64,000 bases of DNA from Nitrosopumilus sp. (GTDB taxonomy: Archaea > Thermoproteota > Nitrososphaeria > Nitrososphaerales > Nitrosopumilaceae), in contig OZ250186.1 in NCBI GenBank assembly GCA_965238275.1, forward strand, positions 1,696,001 to 1,760,000, in the 5' to 3' direction. Below the pieces are notes generated by a model. The model searched no databases and was not told where the DNA came from. It worked only from the letters and a program-made list of their open reading frames with translations. Positions 52,967 to 63,473 of this stretch are shown piece by piece. Numbering within the stretch: the stretch's first letter is position 1; each line of letters opens with the position of its first letter. The position numbers and the translations under genes were made by a program.

Positions 52967-53404
52967 TTAATCTGCAGCATCCTGAACGGTGACGGTAAAT
53001 GTCCCCCGGACGTTGGAATTCTGCAGGTTCCGTATCATCTTCCTTGGAATGGCATCTGAGGCCCCGTCACAGCGTATGGCAAGCGTCCTTGGGCATGTGA
53101 AGCTGCTGGTCCTGATCACAATGTCATGCTCATCAGACAGTTCAAGGTCGGGATGCCCGGACCCGTTCACGACAAACTCCGAGTCCCCAACCCGGATGGA
53201 GATGGCAACGCGCGCGCCGGTACTTCTGAGCATGGCCTTCATCTCGTCAGGCAGGCCGGCGCATCCTGATGCGGCCCCGACCCCGACGATGCAGTCGCCC
53301 TGCAGGGTCAGGTACGGCTCCCTTGTAATCTCTATGGTTCTGCCGTGCAGTGATCTGATGTTTGGGTGCCCGGAGAAGGGTATCTTAAAGTGCATGTACG
53401 TCAA
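52967..53404 (-). CDS. DUF371 domain protein
   Basis: 'GHPNIRSLHGRTIEITRE...GDCIVGV...DIVIRTS...RTLAI'. Confidence 0.92.
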   Translation of the reverse strand: MTYMHFKIPFSGHPNIRSLHGRTIEITREPYLTLQGDCIVGVGAASGCAGLPDEMKAMLRSTGARVAISIRVGDSEFVVNGSGHPDLELSDEHDIVIRTSSFTCPRTLAIRCDGASDAIPRKMIRNLQNSNVRGTFTVTVQDAAD

Positions 53405-53410
53405 ACTGGC

Positions 53411-54289
53411 CTAGAGGTACCTTTTGTTCTTTTTGATGTAATATTTCATAAACCACTTTACAAAGAACATTTCGTCATTGTTTAGTTGCGATTTTTCCAG
53501 TGAACCAAAGTATGACCTCCTGTCCCTGCTTTCAATCAGCATGGGTGGGCATCCGTGCCTGATCAGCAGGCAGTTCATGATCATTCTGGATATCCTGCCG
53601 TTCCCGTCTGCAAACGGGTGAATCGACACGAACGCATAGTGTGCAAGGGCCGAGAACTCCACGGGGTTTCGCGGTTCTTCCTTGTCCAGCCACTCAAAGA
53701 ACATTTTGATCCTTTTTGGAATCTCAAAAGACGGCGCAAACTCTATCTTTGGGTTCGTTATCACCCCCACCGTATGGCGTCTGAATGCTCCTGCCTCGCC
53801 AATCTTTGTCTGGCCGAATACTTTGGCATGCCACCTTTGAACTTCCTCTACTGTAATCCCGGGCGGCGTCCTTGCAGTTACCAGATCCATGAACAACTCA
53901 TAATGTCTCTTCGTCTCGATCGTGTCTGTGTTTGACTTTCTTGCAGGGGTCACGCCGTGGACCAGCAAGTCGTTTGTGTCTGCCCTGCTCAGGGCAGAAC
54001 CCTCCATCCTTTGCGTGTTGTAGGTAAACGCGATGCCAAAACTCTCAAAATTCTTCAATTTTATCGATTCTTCAATTCCGGCATTCTCCTTCCCGTAGTT
54101 TCTGATGATCTCTTCTGTCTTTCTGTCCCATTCGTGCCGGAAGAACTCCCTTTCAAGCGTTCTTTTCCGCTCCTTGATGTCCTTTGGTATCGTCCTGCCC
54201 AGGTATCTCTTCATGGATCTGCCGCCTGATTGGTGGACTAGATAATAGAACGAGGTATTCCCCTTTTTCTGGCAGATCACGTTGGCCAT
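53411..54289 (-). CDS. Fic family protein
   Basis: Fic motif HPFADGNGRISR; inhibitory-type 'TQRMEGS'. Confidence 0.92.
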   Translation of the reverse strand: MANVICQKKGNTSFYYLVHQSGGRSMKRYLGRTIPKDIKERKRTLEREFFRHEWDRKTEEIIRNYGKENAGIEESIKLKNFESFGIAFTYNTQRMEGSALSRADTNDLLVHGVTPARKSNTDTIETKRHYELFMDLVTARTPPGITVEEVQRWHAKVFGQTKIGEAGAFRRHTVGVITNPKIEFAPSFEIPKRIKMFFEWLDKEEPRNPVEFSALAHYAFVSIHPFADGNGRISRMIMNCLLIRHGCPPMLIESRDRRSYFGSLEKSQLNNDEMFFVKWFMKYYIKKNKRYL

Positions 54290-54812
54290 GACTTGGTAGG
54301 TATTTGATATGTTATAAATTTTGATAAAATGTAAAAAATAAATACCTACCAACCAACTGCCGCTGCGACACGCCGCAACAGCACGTTTTTTCTCAAGCCG
54401 TCTTGTTTCGTATCCCGTTTCCCGCCGTGTGGCTTTGCCAATGTCGTTGGTGCAGCAAGCAGTATCATGTCCACATTGGCCGCATCGGAATTGGACAGTG
54501 TATGCCATCGTGAAAAGATGATTCAAAGTCTCAAGAAGGTGAACTCTGTCGTGCTCACGGTACTTTGCGTCTGTCACAACCACAAGGCCGCATCTTGGAC
54601 TGAATGGTAAGCCCCATCGAGGTTGCCGGCATTCATAAGAGTATGACAACAAATGGGTTACGCTTATCCAGAGCGCCGCAGAGTGTGCATAAAATGTTGC
54701 AAAAAACTATCCTAAAAACAAGGATCCACCCCAATCCGATGTTTTATTGTGCGGGGCAGGCACGTTGACTGCAAAAGTTCCGACTTTTATATCGGATTGT
54801 GCATACCGCCAT

Positions 54813-55478
54813 ATGGGAGGATCCTATCTCTCCGAGTTCAGATTTACAATACAGGGTGAAAGGCGGTGCATACTGGGCCCGCCGGGGCATGACGGCAAGA
54901 CTGTTCTGGTGGGAGGGCACAAGGTTGTAAATCTCGGCAAATCGAGCCCGTGGCAGAAGGACAGCCGCGTGTTGTACAGTTATACAAAACCCGAACCGAT
55001 AAGGTTCTCGTTTACCAGATCCCGCAACGAGTGGGGCGTGATCGGTCCGAAGGGACACGAGGGCATGACGGTGATGGTAAGGAGAAGGCATGACGGGTCC
55101 ACCCGCGTAAAGCTTGGTGTTGTCTGGGAGATTAGGAGGAGCAGGGCGGTATACTCTATTGCCGAGAAGAGCAGCGAAGCTACAAAAAACCAGATCGGAT
55201 ACATCGAGTCCATGGCCTACCAGTTGGAGGCGTGCAGTCAGTTCACGCCGCCTGACACCATGTATATCCGCAAGGAGTACGCCCAGGCAGAACAGATGAA
55301 TCCGCAGGAGATAGCAGCCGGAACCAGGGCGCGGATCAGGCGCGGCATCATGTTCCATGAGGCCGGCGATCTCATAGAGGAACTGCAGTACTATGTCTCC
55401 ATGATACCTGGAACCGGCAAACGAAAAAAATCCGACTACAGGAGGCCCGTACCGGAACCCGAGACCACCAGGGATTAG
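54813..55478 (+). CDS. Hypothetical protein with an internal repeat
   Basis: Two copies of FxFT-x6-(I/V)(L/I)GPxGH(D/E)GxTVxV. Confidence 0.7.
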   Translation: MGGSYLSEFRFTIQGERRCILGPPGHDGKTVLVGGHKVVNLGKSSPWQKDSRVLYSYTKPEPIRFSFTRSRNEWGVIGPKGHEGMTVMVRRRHDGSTRVKLGVVWEIRRSRAVYSIAEKSSEATKNQIGYIESMAYQLEACSQFTPPDTMYIRKEYAQAEQMNPQEIAAGTRARIRRGIMFHEAGDLIEELQYYVSMIPGTGKRKKSDYRRPVPEPETTRD

Positions 55479-55755
55479 ACGCGGCCGCCGTCATTGCGGG
55501 CGGCGCTCGTGAAGCTGTCCATCACTTGGCTTGTAAATAACTGGCATGTCATCCCGCACGTTTCACGCGTTTGCCTTGTTCTGCGGGATTTCAGCGGACG
55601 GCTTGATCCCCCGGCGTCTGCGGTCCCGCAAAATCGCGTGTCTGGCACGATCATCCTGCATGTGATCTTTTGTCATTTGGTCCAATACCAAAAACAAACT
55701 CGACTTCTTTTCTACCGGCATTATTTTGTTCCAAAAGCCTGCAGACAATCCCGGG

Positions 55756-57681
55756 TTACCGTTGTGAATGGCGTGATCGCGCGTACGCGTGGATCTTGAA
55801 TCCTACCAAGACAGGCGCCGCTACATACATTCCCAGGTTGAGCGCGATGACTGCCATGCCGAGTCCCAAAACCCCCGCCTCAGAGCTCTCGTCTGCGAGT
55901 GTCATAATGGACAGCGTGGCCAGCATTGGCGCGATGAATGCCCGGACTGCCTCGCGAAATATCGGGTTTTCCCGTTCTGCGTCTGCTATCACGGGTGAAA
56001 ACGAGTAGTATATCTGGTTGAATCCGGACATGAATGATGCCCCTGCCGCGGTGCTCATTACCGTGCCGTCGCGGATCTCCCTTAACATCTGGACTTGGGG
56101 CGCAAGCTCGCTGCCGTATGCGGCAGTCGCAATGAGGCATCCGCCACCATCATCCCCATCATCATCATCATCACCAGCATCTGGGATGCATATGCCATCT
56201 TGCATGACGGTGCCGGGATCACACTCCTGTTCGGCTTTGGTGTCCGGATCCGCCATCACGGGTACCAGGCCCAAATCCGAAACGTACGTTCCTATGCGCT
56301 CCCATCCGGCTGATCTTATTCCCCACACGGCGTAGCTGGCCTCAGCAGAGTCGCCTACATCATTTAGAACTATGTTGCCCAACGCACCTTGGTAATCTGA
56401 GACTGCCAGTGGAATCTGTCTTTTAATCTCCTCAAAACCTCCGTCCCCGGCTGCCTCTATTGCAAGGCCAAGCGTCCATATTGAGTCATAGGAGGCGTAC
56501 GTGTAGACGTTTGGGGTATCCACAATCCTCGAATCCGCAGACAGACGTGCGTTTAGCTGCTGGTATCTCTGGCTTGTCTGGTCTTCTGCAAATATGCACG
56601 CGGTAAAGTTGACATCCTGCATGAACTGGAATATCACCGGATCATCCACAAGGGAGTTGCTCAGTACGTTGGCATCGGATCCTATCCAATTTACGGTATG
56701 TAACACCGGATGGGCAGCGGCTCTCTGCATAAAGTCGGCAGTCTCAGCAGCCCCGACATACAGTACTGCCACCTTCTCACTGCCGTGGCTGTCCACGTAC
56801 ATTTGCACCTTCTCGCGCAGTTGCTCCGTCAGGGCATCAAAGGCAGCATCGTGACAGTTGTCCTCATCACACAATGGATAGCTTCCCAGATCATCCACCG
56901 TACCTCCAAGTTCCCCAAACTTTGCCACCGTACTATCATGCAGTCCGTTGCCAAACGGCCCGTCCCTCCAGACAGAGATCAGCACCGTCTTTCCATTATC
57001 CCACAACAGGTTGGAAATTACCGGTCCGTGAAGAGCGTCATCTGGAGCCATGCGGAACACGTTGTCCCCCTCAAATGCAAGTGATGGGGAAGTAGAGCAG
57101 CAGCTGACAATCAGCATGTCGTTGGCATCAGCATAGTCTTTTATCATGCTGACCCTGGAGCTTGCAGACGGTCCGGATATGAATTGGACGCCATCATCAT
57201 GAAGCGACTTTACCAAATCCAACGGGTCTGCCGAGGGTGCGGCAGTGTCCCTAACATCCAAGTCCAGCCTCCATGATGCGCCGCTTGCCTCAAGATACTT
57301 GTTAAAGTCTTCAATGGCAAGCTCTGTGGCGACCTGCCTGTGGATGCCTGCCCCGTCGGGCCTGCTCACGGGTACGAGTGCCCCTATGGTGATGATCTCT
57401 GCATCCTCTTCGTTTATCATCTCGGATGTGGCGTCGTGCTTGCCGTCGTCCGGATCACCTGCCACGTCGGGTTCCGTATTTTCGGCTGCATCAGCATATG
57501 GTACGGGATTATAGTAGGTATCAAGAGTGTCTCTTTGCAGTTCCTCCGGCGCGGCTCCCTCGTCGGGGTGCAGGTCAAAGATCATGGTGTCGACGTTTGT
57601 GCCCTGACTTGCAAAAGAGTAACCGGTACTGAGAAGAACGGCCACAGACAGCATGACAAAGAAAAGGGCGTTTAATTTCAT
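55756..57681 (-). CDS. LivJ-like substrate-binding protein with CFI-box-CTERM domain (paralogue of 18274)
   Basis: 'IGALVPVS', 'CSTSPSLA...VFRMAPDD', 'GGGCLIATAAYGSELAPQVQMLREIRD'. Confidence 0.88.
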   Translation of the reverse strand: MKLNALFFVMLSVAVLLSTGYSFASQGTNVDTMIFDLHPDEGAAPEELQRDTLDTYYNPVPYADAAENTEPDVAGDPDDGKHDATSEMINEEDAEIITIGALVPVSRPDGAGIHRQVATELAIEDFNKYLEASGASWRLDLDVRDTAAPSADPLDLVKSLHDDGVQFISGPSASSRVSMIKDYADANDMLIVSCCSTSPSLAFEGDNVFRMAPDDALHGPVISNLLWDNGKTVLISVWRDGPFGNGLHDSTVAKFGELGGTVDDLGSYPLCDEDNCHDAAFDALTEQLREKVQMYVDSHGSEKVAVLYVGAAETADFMQRAAAHPVLHTVNWIGSDANVLSNSLVDDPVIFQFMQDVNFTACIFAEDQTSQRYQQLNARLSADSRIVDTPNVYTYASYDSIWTLGLAIEAAGDGGFEEIKRQIPLAVSDYQGALGNIVLNDVGDSAEASYAVWGIRSAGWERIGTYVSDLGLVPVMADPDTKAEQECDPGTVMQDGICIPDAGDDDDDGDDGGGCLIATAAYGSELAPQVQMLREIRDGTVMSTAAGASFMSGFNQIYYSFSPVIADAERENPIFREAVRAFIAPMLATLSIMTLADESSEAGVLGLGMAVIALNLGMYVAAPVLVGFKIHAYARSRHSQR

Positions 57682-57806
57682 AGGATTTCTTAAACAGTGT
57701 TAGAATAATAAGTTTTGAGGCACGGGGGATGGACGGGTGATCTGACAAAACAAGATGCGCACTAGACAAAGCCACGTTAAAACAGTACGAAGAGGTCTCA
57801 GTAAAC

Positions 57807-58055
57807 ATGAGCAGTGGAGCTAAGATGGACGGATTGGGACGCAAGGAAGAAGCGTTCAAGTTCTACTCACAAGCCACGAGTGTGGTCGAATCGATACTGG
57901 GATGTGATATCCCTGACAATGTTCGCGAGGTGTATGCCAACAGGCACGGCTTGTTGAGCGACAGGATTGAGACGTTGCGTACTGAATGCTCCAAAGGCTC
58001 TGTTAACTCCCATGTGTTACGGGCATCCAAACCTGTTGATGTCATGTGTTGGTAA
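57807..58055 (+). CDS. Possible stand-alone MIT-like domain protein
   Basis: 'GAKMDGLGRKEEAFKFYSQA...LSDRIETLR'. Confidence 0.45.
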   Translation: MSSGAKMDGLGRKEEAFKFYSQATSVVESILGCDIPDNVREVYANRHGLLSDRIETLRTECSKGSVNSHVLRASKPVDVMCW

Positions 58056-58305
58056 TTCGTCTGATCTGGTCCAGTTTGGATTAGTCCAGTGATTTTTTAA
58101 AGATTTGCGGACATGTCCGGTGTAAATCTGGGCATGTCCGTGCCTGATCCGGCCGCTCTGTTCCCCAGGCAGAACAACATCAGCGGTTCTGCATCCTTTA
58201 TGGGCTTGACATCTTCAGGCGAGAGATTCACGCCTCCAGAGGGTCGGTTTTGCTACAAAACGCATTACCAAAACATAAATTAAACTTTCAAAGAGTCATA
58301 CCCGT

Positions 58306-59043
58306 ATGCTTCCTGCACAGCAAGGTTATGACAGAGCCATTACGGTATTTTCCCCTGACGGGAGGCTCTACCAGGTAGAGTATGCAATAGAGACTGTGCG
58401 GAGGGGAGCCATCGCAATCGGCATAAAATGCAGCGAGGGAATAGTCATTGCAGTCGAGGAGAGGCCGCGGAAGCTCCAGATATCCAAGATAGCCCAGAAG
58501 ATATTCCAGATTGATGATCATGTAGGCGTGGCAGCTGCCGGGTACATTCCGGATGCGCGCAGCCAGGTGGACAATGCGCGGTTCTTCTCGCAGAGCAACA
58601 AGATGATCTACGACGAGCCAGTCGAGGTGGAGACCATAGTGAAACATCTGGCAGACCAGTCACAGCAGTACACCCAGTATGCCGGAGTGCGTCCGTTTGG
58701 AGTGGCGCTGATTCTTGGCGGGGTGGTGGCAGGCAAGCCGCAGCTGTTCCTGACTGATCCCAGCGGGACATACATATCGTACAATGCAATTGCCATAGGA
58801 TCAGGCTCGGACAGGGTGACTGACTTTTTGGAGGGTGCCTACGGCGAGGATCTGACCCTAGAGTCTGCATCCGTTCTGGCAGCCGCGGGAATATACCTCT
58901 CAAGCGAGGATCGGGAGGGGACTGACCACATCAGGATGGCACACGTCAGGGCCGACACCGGCCTTTACGGACTCGTACCTGACGAGGAGATTGTCAAGTA
59001 TGCGCAGCAGGCCAAGGAAAAGTATCCGCATGATAAGAACTGA
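58306..59043 (+). CDS. psmA: Proteasome subunit alpha
   Basis: 'YDRAITVFSPDGRLYQVEYA', 'RPFGVA', 'TDPSG'. Confidence 0.98.
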   Translation: MLPAQQGYDRAITVFSPDGRLYQVEYAIETVRRGAIAIGIKCSEGIVIAVEERPRKLQISKIAQKIFQIDDHVGVAAAGYIPDARSQVDNARFFSQSNKMIYDEPVEVETIVKHLADQSQQYTQYAGVRPFGVALILGGVVAGKPQLFLTDPSGTYISYNAIAIGSGSDRVTDFLEGAYGEDLTLESASVLAAAGIYLSSEDREGTDHIRMAHVRADTGLYGLVPDEEIVKYAQQAKEKYPHDKN

Positions 59044-59064
59044 CTGCGGAGATGCCGACGCGTA

Positions 59065-59880
59065 TTGAACCTGTCTGTCGCAATTCCAGAATCTGCACTC
59101 TCTGATGAGTCCCTCAAGATAGACAAGACGCGGAAGGTATCATTAATTGCAAGGGCGTGCGCCATATTCCGCGTCGGCACCATATACGTGTACAGGGACG
59201 GCGCGGACGGCGACGGGGCCCTTCTTGCAACCATACTCAGATACCTTGAGACGCCGCAGTTTCTTCGAAGAAGGATGTTTCCGATGGTGAATGATCTAAA
59301 GTTTGCCGGAGTACTCCAGCCGCTGAAGATACCAAGCCATGTCACCCCGGCAGACCCCAAAAAGATCCAGACAGGCGACATCAGGGAGGGGATAACGGTG
59401 GCTGCAAGGGGCAGAAGCTTTGTGGACGTGGGCATTAACCGCCTGATACCGCTGCAGGGAAGGATGCCCACGGGCAAAAGGACGACTGTCAGGTTCAAGG
59501 AGGGGTATCCGAGCCTGGTCGCAAAGGAGATTGGCAGGGACGAGACGGGCCAGTACTGGGGGTATTCTGTGCACAGGAGGGCCGGCCTGTACCAGCTGCT
59601 TGCAGAGTGGAAGGGCAGCATCATAATAACATCAAGGAGGGGCAAGACGGCTGCAGGCTCAAGCATTCCCACTACGGGAGGAGGGGAGGCGCCTGTCCTG
59701 GTGGTCTTTGGATCCCCCGAGAGGGGGGTGCACGAGATCCTGGGAGGCAGCATGAAGAGGGTGCAGAATGCGCGGGTGCTTGACTTTTTTCCCGGCCAGG
59801 CAACCCAGACGGTACGGCTCGAGGAGGCAATGCTAGGGGTGCTTGCCGTACTGAACATGCAGGGGAATGGCAATGCCTGA
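59065..59880 (+). CDS. SPOUT-family RNA methyltransferase (DUF171)
   Basis: 'IARACAIFRV', 'YLETPQFLRR', 'VVFGSP', 'PGQATQTVRLEEA'. Confidence 0.92.
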   Translation: MNLSVAIPESALSDESLKIDKTRKVSLIARACAIFRVGTIYVYRDGADGDGALLATILRYLETPQFLRRRMFPMVNDLKFAGVLQPLKIPSHVTPADPKKIQTGDIREGITVAARGRSFVDVGINRLIPLQGRMPTGKRTTVRFKEGYPSLVAKEIGRDETGQYWGYSVHRRAGLYQLLAEWKGSIIITSRRGKTAAGSSIPTTGGGEAPVLVVFGSPERGVHEILGGSMKRVQNARVLDFFPGQATQTVRLEEAMLGVLAVLNMQGNGNA

Positions 59881-59989
59881 GCAGAAGACGTTTTTGCTTC
59901 TGGCACTGGGGATGGGGGCTGCAGGCATCATTATTGGCGCAGTCACCATTATGGATATCATTGCAGGAATCAACGCGACAGGCCCGTGA
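59873..59989 (+). CDS. Small hydrophobic protein
   Basis: MPEQKTFLLLALGMGAAGIIIGAVTIMDIIAGINATGP; overlaps the upstream stop. Confidence 0.45.
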   Translation: MPEQKTFLLLALGMGAAGIIIGAVTIMDIIAGINATGP

Positions 59990-60111
59990 ACAAAAACTAG
60001 ATCATCCCAAGGCATGCCTGCGTGGTGTGGGTTGCCGCAGTCAGTAACTTGTTCGGATTGGAATTGCGTGGCAACCCTGAGGTGGTGATTCCACGGACGG
60101 GATGCAAACGG

Positions 60112-61038
60112 CTATCCTGCAGCATCAAGCAGCGACTCGAAGACTGAGTACGGCTGAGCCCCTGCCACCTTCTCCTCCTCCTGCCCGTCAGACGAGATTA
60201 TCAGGAATGATGGGGTGGTGCTCACGCCATGTGCCTTTGCATCTGCAGTGTTGCTGAGCACCCGCTCCTGATACTTGCCAGAGTCCAGGCACTCGCCAAA
60301 GAGTTCCGTGTCAAGTCCAAGCTCGGAGGCAAACCCCTTGAGGTTCTCCACCGAGGCCCAGCCGCCATCATAATCGGCAGCCTGGGACGTGTACAGCTTG
60401 TCGTGGTACTGCCAGTACATCCCCTGGTCCTCTGCGCAGTACGACGCCTGGGCGGCGCTGCGGGAGTCGTCCCCGATGAATGCAATGTCGACAAAGACCA
60501 AGTTGGCCTTTCCTGTCTGGATATAGTTTTCGGATATGTCAGGCTTGGTGTTGGTGAACCATTTCTTGCAGTTGGGACACTGGTAGTCGCCAAACTCCAC
60601 TATCGTTACTCCGGCATCTGGGCTTCCCTGTACGGGGGATTCGGTCTCAGAAAATGCCTGAATGTGCACATTCCCCACTAGGGTGCCGTCGTCGTCCTGC
60701 TGCTGCTGCTGCTGCTGCACCCCGCCACCATCCCTCAGATTGGCGTTTTCTGCCTTCAGGGCCGCGTTCTCCTGCTGCAGGTCCTCGACTGTCTGCTCCA
60801 GCTCATTAATCCTGCTTGACTGATCAGTCTGGATGACCCCTGCGCCCACCAGAAACTCGATGGCGCCTATCAGGTCTGCATCGCTTACCTGCTCGTCTGT
60901 CCATGACTGGAACAATCCCTTTATCCATCCGGGTATTCCGGCATCTTGGGAGTATGCCATTCCGGCTGCGCCCCCAAGCGCCAAGACCCCTGCAAGTCCA
61001 AGGAGCAGTGCGCCCCTCCGAGTGCCGTACACATTCAT
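60112..61038 (-). CDS. Secreted DsbA-family thioredoxin-fold protein with an N-terminal IPxW domain
   Basis: 'EFGDYQCPNC', 'GVSTTPSF', 'GAQPY'; 'IPGWIK...W...VSDADLIGAIEFLV'. Confidence 0.9.
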   Translation of the reverse strand: MNVYGTRRGALLLGLAGVLALGGAAGMAYSQDAGIPGWIKGLFQSWTDEQVSDADLIGAIEFLVGAGVIQTDQSSRINELEQTVEDLQQENAALKAENANLRDGGGVQQQQQQQDDDGTLVGNVHIQAFSETESPVQGSPDAGVTIVEFGDYQCPNCKKWFTNTKPDISENYIQTGKANLVFVDIAFIGDDSRSAAQASYCAEDQGMYWQYHDKLYTSQAADYDGGWASVENLKGFASELGLDTELFGECLDSGKYQERVLSNTADAKAHGVSTTPSFLIISSDGQEEEKVAGAQPYSVFESLLDAAG

Positions 61039-61370
61039 CACAGGGTAATTGGCAGGCGTGTTTTTATGTTTGACTGATTGCCCAGCATCAGGCAGGCACG
61101 GGGGGATTGGATGCAAACGGCTGGTGGAGATAACTTCCGCACAATACTTCCGATGTTTTCATCGCGTATGCGTTTGCCGAGGCAGGATACGCAGGTATCG
61201 GGATTGACGTAGCAATCAGAAAAGGGATCATCCTGCAGGATATAATCGAGCCTTGAAGGAATGCAGGATCCGGATGCGGTTCTGGCAGAAGAGTGGGTTA
61301 ACCTTAAAAAATATTGCAGTTAACGATGTTCTGCGATGGTTTAATAGTAGGATGCCAAGTGCGCCATGTC

Positions 61371-62363
61371 ATGGGTGCAAGAAAGAACCACCAGCCCCGC
61401 AGGGGAAGCCTTGCGTATTCGCCGCGCGGGCGCGCAAAGAGCATGGAGGCCCGGATAAGGGCGTGGCCTGATGCAAACTCGGACAAGCCGCAGATTCTTG
61501 CACACTGCGGATTCAAGGCCGGATGCGTGCAGGTGGTAAGTATTGATGATCGTGAAAAGACCCCCAACGCTGGAAAGCAGCTTGTCAGTCTTGGAACAGT
61601 TTTGGTTACCCCCCCGGTGGCCATACTGGGAATAAGGGGATACTCCAATGGGCACGAGGGACGGCATGCAGAGTTTGACGTGTTTGCCAAGGACATCCCC
61701 AAGGAGCTGGACAAGAGCATGGAGAGGCGCACTGCAGGAAGCACCGCAGATGGCGCAGCAGCCAGGCTGGGAAGGATTCACGAGATATTTGCCATACTTG
61801 CAGTATCCCCAAGGGCCGCAGGCATGGAGCAGAAGAAGCCGTACATATTTGAGGCGCTTGTCAGCGGCGGCACCATACAGGAGCAGTTTGCGTACCTGCA
61901 GGAACTTTTAGGCAAGGAGATTAGGATTGACCAGGTATTTGAGACGGGCACCACCGTGGATGTTGCAGCCATCACCAAGGGCAAGGGATGGCAGGGCGTC
62001 ATACAGCGATGGGGGGCAAAGAAGAAGCAGCACAAGTCGCGCAAGACCGTAAGGGAGATTGGCTCGCTGGGGCCAATATCGCCGCAGAGCGTCATGTATA
62101 CTGTTCCCAGGGCAGGCCAGATGGGATTCCACCAGAGGACAGAATATGACAAGAGGATAATGATTATGGGAAACTCGGAGGATGATTCCATACGAATCAA
62201 CCCTGACGGGGGCTACAAGCACTTTGGCCTGGTAAGGGGCGACTTTGTCGTGCTAAAGGGGTCTGTTCCGGGGACGTACCGCAGGCTGATAAAGCTCAGG
62301 CGCCAGATCAGGAACGCTCCTGCCCGGACAAACAAGCCGCGCATTCTGGAGGTAGTGGTATGA
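61371..62363 (+). CDS. rpl3: 50S ribosomal protein uL3
   Basis: 'PRRGSLAYSPR', 'GFKAG', 'TKGKGWQG', 'RAGQMGFHQRTE'. Confidence 0.98.
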   Translation: MGARKNHQPRRGSLAYSPRGRAKSMEARIRAWPDANSDKPQILAHCGFKAGCVQVVSIDDREKTPNAGKQLVSLGTVLVTPPVAILGIRGYSNGHEGRHAEFDVFAKDIPKELDKSMERRTAGSTADGAAARLGRIHEIFAILAVSPRAAGMEQKKPYIFEALVSGGTIQEQFAYLQELLGKEIRIDQVFETGTTVDVAAITKGKGWQGVIQRWGAKKKQHKSRKTVREIGSLGPISPQSVMYTVPRAGQMGFHQRTEYDKRIMIMGNSEDDSIRINPDGGYKHFGLVRGDFVVLKGSVPGTYRRLIKLRRQIRNAPARTNKPRILEVVV

Positions 62364-63172
62364 AGGGGACAGTACACAGGATTAACGGAGAAAAGGACAG
62401 GGAGATAGAACTTCCGCTAATCTTTGAGACGCCGTTCAGGCGCGAGCTCATACACAAGGCGTACGTGAACCTTGACTCCCACAGGTTCCAGCCCCAGGGG
62501 AGGCATCCCACTGCGGGAACGGACGTGGTGGCAGACACCAACGATCCGCCAACAGGGCGCGGCATCTCCCGTGTGGCAAGGGCCCGCGGAGGCGGAGGCG
62601 GAAGACAGGGCCAGGGCGCAGAGGTGGCATCCACCCGCGGAGGACGGCAGGCACACCCGCCAATAGTGGAGAGGGTGATATACAAGAGGCTCAACAAAAA
62701 GGAGAACAGGCTGGCACTGTGCTCGGCAATCGCAGTCACTGCATCCAGGGACATGGTAGAGTCACGCGGCCACAAGGTGGGCGGGGTAGTCTCGTTTCCG
62801 GTAATCGTATCTGACGAGGTGGAGGCAGTCTCCAAGGCATCCGAGGCAGTCAGGGTGCTTGAGGCGCTGAACCTGTATCCGGACGTACAGAGGCTGGAGG
62901 CGCGAAGGGCAAGATCCGGCAAGTCCTCCCTGAGGGGAAGGGTCAAGAAGGTGGGAAGGAGTGTGCTGTTTGTGGCAGCAGATGCATCAAACATTTCAAG
63001 GGCCGTAGGCGCCCTGCCGGGAGTGGAGGCAAGAAGCGTCGAGGACCTGAGCGTGCTTGATTTGGCGCCGGGCTCTGATCCGGGACGGCTCGTAGTGTAT
63101 TCTGAATCCGCAATTAATCGCATTGGAGGGATACAGTCAAGGCATCTTGAGGTAATGGTGAGAATGGCATGA
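62360..63172 (+). CDS. rpl4: 50S ribosomal protein uL4
   Basis: 'QPQGRHPTAG', 'GRGISRVAR', 'GGRQAHPP', 'LAPG'. Confidence 0.98.
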   Translation: MKGTVHRINGEKDREIELPLIFETPFRRELIHKAYVNLDSHRFQPQGRHPTAGTDVVADTNDPPTGRGISRVARARGGGGGRQGQGAEVASTRGGRQAHPPIVERVIYKRLNKKENRLALCSAIAVTASRDMVESRGHKVGGVVSFPVIVSDEVEAVSKASEAVRVLEALNLYPDVQRLEARRARSGKSSLRGRVKKVGRSVLFVAADASNISRAVGALPGVEARSVEDLSVLDLAPGSDPGRLVVYSESAINRIGGIQSRHLEVMVRMA

Positions 63173-63435
63173 ACGTGGATCAGGCAGTCAGGATTATAAT
63201 AAAACCGCACATTACAGAAAAGACCTTCGAGATGGTCCAGCGCGACGGCAAGATATGCTTTATTGTCGAAAGGTCAGCGACCAAGCCGCAGATAGCAGAG
63301 GCCATAAACGTACTGTACAAGCAGAACGTGTTGGATGTAAACACTGCAAGGACCATATACGGAAAGAAGGCCTTTGTAAAGTTTGAAAATATTGAAAAGG
63401 CGACGCACCTTGCCACGGACATAGGAATGCTATAA
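63169..63435 (+). CDS. rpl23: 50S ribosomal protein uL23
   Basis: 'PHITEKT...VNTA...KKAFVKF'. Confidence 0.97.
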   Translation: MNVDQAVRIIIKPHITEKTFEMVQRDGKICFIVERSATKPQIAEAINVLYKQNVLDVNTARTIYGKKAFVKFENIEKATHLATDIGML

Positions 63436-63473
63436 TATGGAACGCAAAGATCGTAGGATTGGAGGTATTTGAG

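Noticed and set aside
54290-54652. N-terminal extension of the Fic protein
   Set aside because: It crosses an AT-rich promoter-like stretch; ATG 54289 is the more plausible start.
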